Below are positions 15,993-22,830 of a stretch of DNA of 22,830 nt, piece by piece. This stretch comes from Promethearchaeota archaeon (lineage in GTDB: Archaea; Asgardarchaeota; Lokiarchaeia; Sigyniarchaeales; SOKP01). The position numbers and the translations under genes were made by a program. The DNA is taken from the NCBI GenBank assembly GCA_048941265.1, contig JBHLNT010000017.1:1-22830 (forward strand), read 5' to 3'. How positions within the stretch are numbered: position 1 is the stretch's first letter; each line of letters starts with the position of its first letter. Below the pieces are notes generated by a model that saw only the letters and a program-made list of their open reading frames with translations, made no database searches and was not told where the DNA came from.

Positions 15993-17834
15993 ATGCCAAA
16001 AGGATATATGGGTAAGGTATTATGGGTTGATCTTTCAGATGGATCGTTCAAAGAAGAAGAATTATCTGGAGATACATATCGTCAATATCTAGGAGGATAT
16101 GGATTAGCAACAAAAATAATTTATGAAAATATGCCAGCCAAAGCAGATCCATTAGGTCCAGATGCGATTTTTGGTTTTTTCCCCGGCTTATTAACTGGAA
16201 CTGTAGCACCCTTAAGTGGTCGTTTTATGGTGGCAGGTAAATCGACTTTAACGGGAGGCTGGGGAGATTCTAATTGTGGAGGATATTTTGGCCCTGAAAT
16301 TAAGAAATGTGGGTACGATGCAATTCTAATCAAGGGTAAATCTGATAGTCCAAAGTATATCACGATTATCGATGATCAAAAACAGATATTAGATGCTTCA
16401 GATCTCTGGGGATTAGATTGCGTTCAGACAGAAGAAAAATTGGAAGAAAAACATGGCAAAATACAAGTCGCGAGCATTGGTCAATCAGGAGAAAAACTTT
16501 CATTAATATCGGGAATAGTAAACGATAAGGCAAGAATTGCAGGAAGATCTGGTTTTGGCGCGGTTATGGGATCCAAAAAGTTAAAAGCTATAGTACTCCG
16601 AGGAAGTAAAAAAATTGAGCTAGCAGATAAGGATGCAATACTTAACGCTACAAAAGAATATAATGAAGGTATAAAAGCGGCTTCTGCTGGAGCAATCCAA
16701 GCATGGAAGACTCTAGGGACTTCTTTTGGAAACGTAATAAGTGCTCAAATAGGTGATACTCCCATAAAAAATTGGGGCGGCACAGTAGCAGAAGATTTTC
16801 CTATGGATAAAATAAATAAAATTTCAGGGGAAGCAATAACTAAATATAGAGAAAAACCATACGGTTGTTTTTCATGCCCCGTTCAATGTGGAGCTATAAT
16901 GAAAATACCTGAGATCGGTATAGAAGAAACTCATCGGCCAGAGTATGAGACATGTGCCTCTTTTGGGCATTTGTGTTTAAATGACGATATTATGTCATTA
17001 TTTATCGTAAATGACTTATGCAACAGAGCTGGAATTGATACTATTTCAACAGGAACCTCAGTTGCCTTTGCTATAGAGTGTTATGAAAATGGATTGATAA
17101 ACAAAGAAGATATTGATGGGCTTGAAATGACCTGGGGCAATTCCTCTGCTATCATTGAATTAACTAAAAAAATTATTAATCGAGAAGGAATTGGAGATAT
17201 TTTAGCAGATGGAACCAAAATAGCAGCTGAAAAGATTGGGAAAGGGAGTGAAAAATTTGCTATGCAAGCGGGCGGACAAGAACTTGGAATGCACTCACCT
17301 AAATATTATAAACATTTGGGTGCAACTTTCGCATTCGATCCTACTCCTGGGAGACATACTACTCCCTGTTTAGATATGCTTGCAGGAGGTCCATTTATGA
17401 AGCCTGATGGTCTATTTCAAGGTTTAGGATTGCCAAAAAAATTTAAAAGACCTGGGGAAGACAGAAGTGAGGCTGAAAAATTAACTACTGCAATATGGCA
17501 ATCTTTCTGTGCTGTTGGATTATGTGAATTTGTCTTTTTCTTCCAAAAATATCCTCTATTAGAAGTAATCAAAGGCTCCACTGGTTGGGATATAAACATG
17601 GACGAATTAATTAAAATAGGTTTGAGAATTCAAGCTCTTAGGCAGGCATTTTCATTGCGAGAAGGAGTAGAGATTATTAATAATAAATTACCAGAAAGAG
17701 CCGTAGGAGTGGATTATTTAGAAGACTACAAGGATTATTGCGAAAAAATGGGGTGGAATCCTGAGAACGGATATCCCTTAAAAGAAACATTGATAGACCT
17801 AAACTTAGATTTTGTTATAAAAGATTTATACTAA
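15993..17834 (+). CDS. aor: Aldehyde:ferredoxin oxidoreductase family (tungstopterin, 4Fe-4S)
   Basis: GYMGKVLWVDLS, YLGG.GL, KS.LTGGWGDSN.GG.FGPE.K..GYD, AGR.GFGAVMGSKKLKAI, CFSCPVQC, PEYET, GIDTIS, GLCEF. Confidence 0.96.
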   Translation: MPKGYMGKVLWVDLSDGSFKEEELSGDTYRQYLGGYGLATKIIYENMPAKADPLGPDAIFGFFPGLLTGTVAPLSGRFMVAGKSTLTGGWGDSNCGGYFGPEIKKCGYDAILIKGKSDSPKYITIIDDQKQILDASDLWGLDCVQTEEKLEEKHGKIQVASIGQSGEKLSLISGIVNDKARIAGRSGFGAVMGSKKLKAIVLRGSKKIELADKDAILNATKEYNEGIKAASAGAIQAWKTLGTSFGNVISAQIGDTPIKNWGGTVAEDFPMDKINKISGEAITKYREKPYGCFSCPVQCGAIMKIPEIGIEETHRPEYETCASFGHLCLNDDIMSLFIVNDLCNRAGIDTISTGTSVAFAIECYENGLINKEDIDGLEMTWGNSSAIIELTKKIINREGIGDILADGTKIAAEKIGKGSEKFAMQAGGQELGMHSPKYYKHLGATFAFDPTPGRHTTPCLDMLAGGPFMKPDGLFQGLGLPKKFKRPGEDRSEAEKLTTAIWQSFCAVGLCEFVFFFQKYPLLEVIKGSTGWDINMDELIKIGLRIQALRQAFSLREGVEIINNKLPERAVGVDYLEDYKDYCEKMGWNPENGYPLKETLIDLNLDFVIKDLY

Positions 17835-17836
17835 TC

Positions 17837-17884
17837 TTTTTTATTCTTTTTTAACCCATAATGTTTTTTTTAATTTTTTTTTTT
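17837..17884 (+). terminator. Oligo-T tracts after aor
   Basis: T6-T11 runs directly after the aor stop codon. Confidence 0.45.
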
Positions 17885-17889
17885 AATTG

Positions 17890-18334
17890 AAGAGTGATGA
17901 TCTTCGTTGATTAATTTATTGTAATAGGGAATCGAAAGTTTTACAAAATGTAATCTTTAGGATCTTCATTTATTGAAGGCTCTCCCTTGAATTCAAAGGT
18001 TTTAGTCTTTTTTCATCTAAATAAATTATTTCTGCTCTTGTCTTTTCGCATATTTCTTTATATTCCGTAATTCTAAATACAATAAGAGTTATATTTGCTG
18101 GAGTAGAGATTTCCATTACATATACTTTTGCACCGATATTTTTGAGGTACATTATAACTGCTGCTAATATTTCTGGAAATATATTCACATAGGTTTTAAA
18201 GTCTATTTCATTTACTTTCATATAAACCTTATTAGAACATTTAAAATTGGGTCCCTTTTTTAGAAGTGGGTAGATATTTCATTAATGCCTGATTGGATTC
18301 CTCGTTTTGTATCAACAATGTATACTTCGGTCAT
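17890..18334 (-). pseudogene. DUF362-like (Fe-S/lactate racemase fold) pseudogene, 3'-truncated
   Basis: ATG 18334 MTEVYIVDTKRGIQSGINEISTHF* (TAA 18260-18262). A frameshift leads into KVYMKVN...PEILAAVIMYLKNIGAKVYVME.ST..NIT...Y.EICEKT.AEIIYLDE (the track's 83 aa ORF). A second frameshift gives TFEFKGEPSINEDPKDYIL*NFRFP, then decay before the expected PKLKTH motif. Confidence 0.65.
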
Positions 18335-18574
18335 AATTTTTTCACTACTATGATATTAAATTTGAGTTTAAAAAAATGGTTGTTTAAATTCAAAATAATT
18401 TATGTCTAGTATTCATTATTGCTATTTTCTAAGCTTAATTACTTCTTTATAATCCTATTTAGAATCTAAAAAGATTTAAAAATTATTATTGCTTACGAAC
18501 TGTATCTACAAGAAAATTCCAATTTTATTAATTTAAAATAAAGATAAATTCAAAAATGAAATGAGGGACGAAAT

Positions 18575-21500
18575 ATGTTAAATAATGTCGAACAAAAACG
18601 ATGTTCTATCCTAATTCTAATTATTATGCTAGCCAGCATAACATCTACAGTGATTTTCAACCAACCTAACTATAATCCGCTTAGGTTTATAAGTAAAGAG
18701 AATTATAATGACGATTTTCCTGAAGTTTCAGATCAAAGAGTCGTTCATCCGAATTCTATAGTCGACGCTAATGGAGATAAAATCGATGATAAAATATCGG
18801 ATTTAATTACTAGAAAAGTCTTAATTGACCCTGCTTTACGTGAAGATGGCAAGAAAGTTAAGGTTTGTATATGTGTCGATAAAAAACCCGATGATGCCCT
18901 AATCGATAAATTAGGCAGTTATGGGGCAGAAATTTTAACAGTTCACGATGCCTTGATCTATGCGGTTTACGCAATTGTGCCTCTTGATAAGGTTAGAACT
19001 ATAGCTGCTGATAAGGAAGTAACCTTTATTCAAAAAGAATATGAAAGCACTGCTCATCTGGATACGAGCACCATAAACATGGGGATAAGAGGCTCTCCGT
19101 ATGTATGGAATGCGGTTCCAACTATAAAAGGGAATCCCAACTATGCTATTGCAATTTTAGATACAGGTATTGATTCAACCCATCCAGATATGTCAAATTT
19201 TCTCTATTTTCAAGACTTCTCGGGGAGTGGATATCCACCTGGGAGTACGGGGGTTGATTACGGCCATCACGGAACTCATTGCGCGTCCATCGCGGCAGGT
19301 ACAGGCATCGCTGATACAAATCCTCAAACAGTTTATGAGACAACTTCTAATCAATTTCCTGTTCAAGGAAATATTTACCTTTATTGGTTCGAGATTAAAG
19401 ACAATCCTAATAATCCGAATACAATTGTAAGGTTAGATTGGGATAACGCTGGTGGAGATGCTTATTTTGGGATATTAGATTCAAATTTGAATTGGATTAC
19501 ATCCAGTGGTCCGTATTTAACTACTCCAATAACTTATAACTTAGGAAACCTCGCACCTGGTGCTTATTTAGTTTATGTTGAAGCAGCTGATTCGGGTACT
19601 GTTGGAAGAGACTATACATGTACAATCGAGCACGAAAGTGCGTATACAATAGCAGAGGATTCTGTTGGTACACCAGTATTTACAGGGGTAGCTCCACAAA
19701 GCAAATTAATCAGCTTGAAAGTATTGGATGATACTGGTCATGGAAATGATCAAATGCTTCTTAATGCATTCGATTGGATTCAAAATAATGGTCAAAATCC
19801 TGCTTATAACATTACAACGGTTTCAATGTCATTAGGTTTTAGCGGATATATTCCGGGAATAGATACTGCAGTTAATCAGCTTGTCGATGCAGGATTTATT
19901 TGCGTTACATCTGCTGGAAACAGTGGAACGGTCAATCCAATTGGATCTCCAGGTACAGCACAAAAGTGTATAACAGTGGGAGCCGTTAATGATGCTTTTG
20001 AAGTAGTCTATTACAGTTCAAATGGAGATAATACCTATTATAAACCTGACGTTATTGCTCCAGGCGGGACTGTAGCTTATTACGGTACGGGTTCAATTGG
20101 AAATATGATCGTTGCTGCCGATTCTAATTATGAAGAAATGGATACTTCTATGGGTGATCAAAGAGCTAATGATTATAGAGGTATGCAAGGAACATCTATG
20201 TCGTGCCCACATGTTGCTGGGCTAGCACAGCTGGTGATTGATGCAATAATTCAAACTGAGGGGAGTTGGTCTTGGTCGCAGGCTAATGCTTTAAGGGTGA
20301 AACAAATAATATGTATGGGTACTTGGGAAGTCAATGCGGGAGAATCATTTGATGGAGATAAAGATGGAATTCCACAAAGCCCATCATTAAATAGAATAGG
20401 AAGAGATAACGTAGAGGGTTATGGGATGGTACGGGCAGATGCAGTAATTCAATCTATTACTCATCCTACCACTGGACCACTTAATAATAAAGAATATTAC
20501 CTCGATCGTCGAGCAAGTTCACATGCGAGAGATCCAAAAGTAGTTCTTTTCTCTCTTGATGCAGAGTTAGGGAGTAGCTATGATTTTACTCTTGATGTTC
20601 CTTCTACTGGAGATTTCGATCTAATTATTTATGATAATGACTATGATCCGAATACAGGACGTCCTATAGTTTTTGATTCCAGTATAAATGCGGGTTTAGG
20701 AGTTGATGAAACCTTGGAGTTTATTCCTACTGAAGATGGTTTATATTATTGGTCCATTCGTGCTGTTCAAGGATATGGTACTTGTCAAGTCACTTTAGAA
20801 AGATTTACTTCAGCTCCTAATGCTCCATCTAATCCATCACCCCAGGATGGTGCTATTGACGTTCCTACTAATATTGAGTTAAGTGTGGATGTTACTGATC
20901 CAGATGGAGATATAATGGATATCTATTTCTATGATGCATCGGATGACAACTTAATCGGCACGGACTTAGATGTTCCAGATGGAGGTACTGCATCAGTCAT
21001 GTGGCAAGATCTTTCTGAAAATACTAATTATGAGTGGTATGCCATTGCTGATGATGGAATTTACACATCTCAATCTGCGATATGGACATTTACTACAATT
21101 GGTACTGGGCTGCCACAAATAGATTTAACAGATAGAGGCAACTCATACTCAGGATTTACACCAATATCCGTAGTTAGTGGTTCAACTAGTTTTAATGTTT
21201 GGTGTGAGGTAGAAAATATAGGAAATTCAGATGCTGGAAGTTTTGAAATTACCTACTATGTCTCTAGTGATTATGAAATTTCAACTTCAGATTATATTAT
21301 AGGCATTGATTCTGTTTCCGGGATTCCCTCAGCTTCTTCTGCTGCTTCAAGTTGGACTGGCACTTTTCCAAGTGGAGTACCTAATGGAATGTATTACATC
21401 GGATGGATTATAGATAGTAGTGATCAGGTGTCCGAAACTGATGAGACTAATAATGTGGGGATTGCGAGTGGTATGGTAGATGTAGGTTCAAATTATGGAT

Positions 21501-22830
21501 TAATCGCAGAATTTCAGAGTGGAAATGTCCCAATCTTAGATGGAGATCTTTCTGATTCCTATTGGAGTGGTGATTGGGATGTTTATCATGAAAATAGTAG
21601 ATTAATTGATATAGCAGTAAAACATGACAAATATAATCTCTATTTTGCAATTCGATGGGTTGATAATGATGAATGGGGTAATGATCTCCATATTTATTTT
21701 GAGGATGATGGACTTTCACCTCAGGGGTCTTTAGATAGTACTAATGAAGATTGTAAATACGCACTTGCAAATTTTGGAGAAGGAACTAATAGAGAATTCA
21801 CGGATGCGTTTTGGGGCAGTCCTGGATGGACAGTGATGGGCGAATATGGTATCTATCGTAATGGTTTATATGGAGCTCAAAATATAGGAAATACATGGCA
21901 AGTTGAAGCATCTATACCATTATCAACAGGTACGACTCAAGATATCGATGTAACTTCCCCTGAAACATTGGGCTTTATGCTTTTAACATATTATACCGCA
22001 TCCTCAGCTGCATATCCTATAGGTGGTGATCAATTTGACGCTTCTACATGGACAACTCTTGAAGTACTTGGTCCATTTAATACACAACCTAATTTACCTA
22101 CAAATCCTTCACCTATAGATGGTATTAGTGGCATTAATACGGATCCTACATTGAGAGTTGACGTATCAGACGATGATGGAGATGATCTTAATGTTACTTT
22201 TTATGATGCTTCAGATGATAGTATTATAGGTATAGCTTATAATGTTATGAGTGGCACTACAGCATCAGTTTCTTGGTTAGGATTATTAGAAGGCAGTTCA
22301 TATTCTTGGTATACTAAAGTTGACGATGGAGTTGTCAGTCGAACTTCTTCTACATGGTCTTTCACAACAAATACAGCTCCGACAGTTAGTAATCCCGATC
22401 CCCCTGATGGAGTTTCAGGATTAGATTTAAGTCCGACATTGAGTGTGGATATACTAGATGTAGATGGAGATATGATGGATGTTTACTTTTATGATGCATC
22501 GGATGATAGCTTAATCGGTACAGATTTAGGCGTTTCGAGCGGCACAACTGCCTCAACAGAATGGACTGGCCTCGCATGGGGCACTTCCTATTCATGGTAC
22601 GTAATTGTTGACGATGGAGTAGTTAGTAGTATCTCTCCTGCCTGGTCTCTCACAACTAATATAATACCAACAGCAAGTAATCCTATTCCTTCTCATGAAT
22701 CTACTGGAATAACCAATAATCCAATGTTAAGTGTGGAAATATCAGATGCGGATGGAGATCCGGTGGATGTTTACTTTTATGATGCATCGGATGATAGCTT
22801 AATCGGTACAGATTTAGGCGTTTCGAGCGG
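18575..22830 (+). CDS. Large secreted modular subtilisin-like (S8) serine protease, >1418 aa; runs off the right edge
   Basis: Not in the ORF track. GAGGGA RBS, ATG 18575, hydrophobic signal-like segment, prodomain. Catalytic motifs AILD*TGIDSTHPD (19160), H*GTHCASIAAG (19268), SAGNSG and QGTS*MSCPHVAG (20195). Followed by PPC-like, Ig/FN3-like repeat, CARDB-like (VSETDETNN) and DOMON/CBM9-like (PILDG..W, LYFAI, WQVEASIPL) domains and further repeats. Confidence 0.93.
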   Translation, partial: MLNNVEQKRCSILILIIMLASITSTVIFNQPNYNPLRFISKENYNDDFPEVSDQRVVHPNSIVDANGDKIDDKISDLITRKVLIDPALREDGKKVKVCICVDKKPDDALIDKLGSYGAEILTVHDALIYAVYAIVPLDKVRTIAADKEVTFIQKEYESTAHLDTSTINMGIRGSPYVWNAVPTIKGNPNYAIAILDTGIDSTHPDMSNFLYFQDFSGSGYPPGSTGVDYGHHGTHCASIAAGTGIADTNPQTVYETTSNQFPVQGNIYLYWFEIKDNPNNPNTIVRLDWDNAGGDAYFGILDSNLNWITSSGPYLTTPITYNLGNLAPGAYLVYVEAADSGTVGRDYTCTIEHESAYTIAEDSVGTPVFTGVAPQSKLISLKVLDDTGHGNDQMLLNAFDWIQNNGQNPAYNITTVSMSLGFSGYIPGIDTAVNQLVDAGFICVTSAGNSGTVNPIGSPGTAQKCITVGAVNDAFEVVYYSSNGDNTYYKPDVIAPGGTVAYYGTGSIGNMIVAADSNYEEMDTSMGDQRANDYRGMQGTSMSCPHVAGLAQLVIDAIIQTEGSWSWSQANALRVKQIICMGTWEVNAGESFDGDKDGIPQSPSLNRIGRDNVEGYGMVRADAVIQSITHPTTGPLNNKEYYLDRRASSHARDPKVVLFSLDAELGSSYDFTLDVPSTGDFDLIIYDNDYDPNTGRPIVFDSSINAGLGVDETLEFIPTEDGLYYWSIRAVQGYGTCQVTLERFTSAPNAPSNPSPQDGAIDVPTNIELSVDVTDPDGDIMDIYFYDASDDNLIGTDLDVPDGGTASVMWQDLSENTNYEWYAIADDGIYTSQSAIWTFTTIGTGLPQIDLTDRGNSYSGFTPISVVSGSTSFNVWCEVENIGNSDAGSFEITYYVSSDYEISTSDYIIGIDSVSGIPSASSAASSWTGTFPSGVPNGMYYIGWIIDSSDQVSETDETNNVGIASGMVDVGSNYGLIAEFQSGNVPILDGDLSDSYWSGDWDVYHENSRLIDIAVKHDKYNLYFAIRWVDNDEWGNDLHIYFEDDGLSPQGSLDSTNEDCKYALANFGEGTNREFTDAFWGSPGWTVMGEYGIYRNGLYGAQNIGNTWQVEASIPLSTGTTQDIDVTSPETLGFMLLTYYTASSAAYPIGGDQFDASTWTTLEVLGPFNTQPNLPTNPSPIDGISGINTDPTLRVDVSDDDGDDLNVTFYDASDDSIIGIAYNVMSGTTASVSWLGLLEGSSYSWYTKVDDGVVSRTSSTWSFTTNTAPTVSNPDPPDGVSGLDLSPTLSVDILDVDGDMMDVYFYDASDDSLIGTDLGVSSGTTASTEWTGLAWGTSYSWYVIVDDGVVSSISPAWSLTTNIIPTASNPIPSHESTGITNNPMLSVEISDADGDPVDVYFYDASDDSLIGTDLGVSS
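20807..21097 (+). repeat. Ig/FN3-like ~96 aa repeat, copy 1, within the S8 protease
   Basis: P.NPSP.DG...L.VDV.D.DGD.MD.YFYDASDD.LIG...TAS..W.DL....Y.WY...DDG...S..W.FTT. Confidence 0.8.
22079..22830 (+). repeat. Tandem Ig/FN3-like repeats, copies 2-4 (22079-22369, 22370-22657, 22658->end)
   Basis: Same consensus as copy 1 with a 288-291 bp period; 22476-22542 is identical to 22764-22830 (67 bp). Confidence 0.88.

Noticed and set aside
11633-17599. Track ORFs 11633..11824, 13265..13453, 15185..15388, 16121..16363 and 17417..17599
   Set aside because: Short antisense ORFs overlapping confident CDSs.
17889-17905. GAAGA-GTGATGA-TCTTC hairpin with a C-box-like loop
   Set aside because: Only a 5 bp stem, no D box nearby, and it lies within the decayed pseudogene tail; likely chance.
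19146-22595. Track ORFs 19146..19343, 19170..19430, 21447..21719 and 22386..22595
   Set aside because: All lie within the long S8 protease ORF starting at 18575; they are off-frame or antisense artefacts.
20807-22830. Recurring TATGATGC(A/T)TC(G/A)GATGA sequence as a CRISPR or DGR repeat
   Set aside because: It is in-frame coding sequence (YDASDD) with a ~288 bp period; no spacers, cas genes, reverse transcriptase or adenine-specific mismatch pattern seen.

Overview
A very AT-rich prokaryotic window whose gene content points to an Asgard archaeon (Lokiarchaeia-like); this is inferred from protein families, with no marker gene present. The centre (about 0.7-14.7 kb) is a signalling-rich block. 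A MASE3-multiPAS histidine kinase is followed by a response regulator whose output domain looks like a uDENN/longin module with an FLCN/SMCR8-type arginine-finger motif (D-x2-S-R-G-G-x-R). This pair is transcribed divergently from a Rag/Arf-like small GTPase and a longin-like gene. Two more longin-like genes, an orphan PAS kinase and a Zn-ribbon + V4R-like pair lie nearby. Catabolic genes are interspersed: an enolase-superfamily enzyme, a GH38 alpha-mannosidase, a D-2-hydroxyacid dehydrogenase, an aldehyde:ferredoxin oxidoreductase and a >1400 aa secreted modular S8 protease. The ORF track misses the two edge genes, a deleted HEPN-MNT toxin-antitoxin remnant, most of a DUF362 pseudogene, and a candidate ~170 nt multi-stem structured RNA at 14913-15078. 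I saw no rRNA, tRNA, CRISPR array or transposase. All family calls are by eye from motifs, not from database searches.
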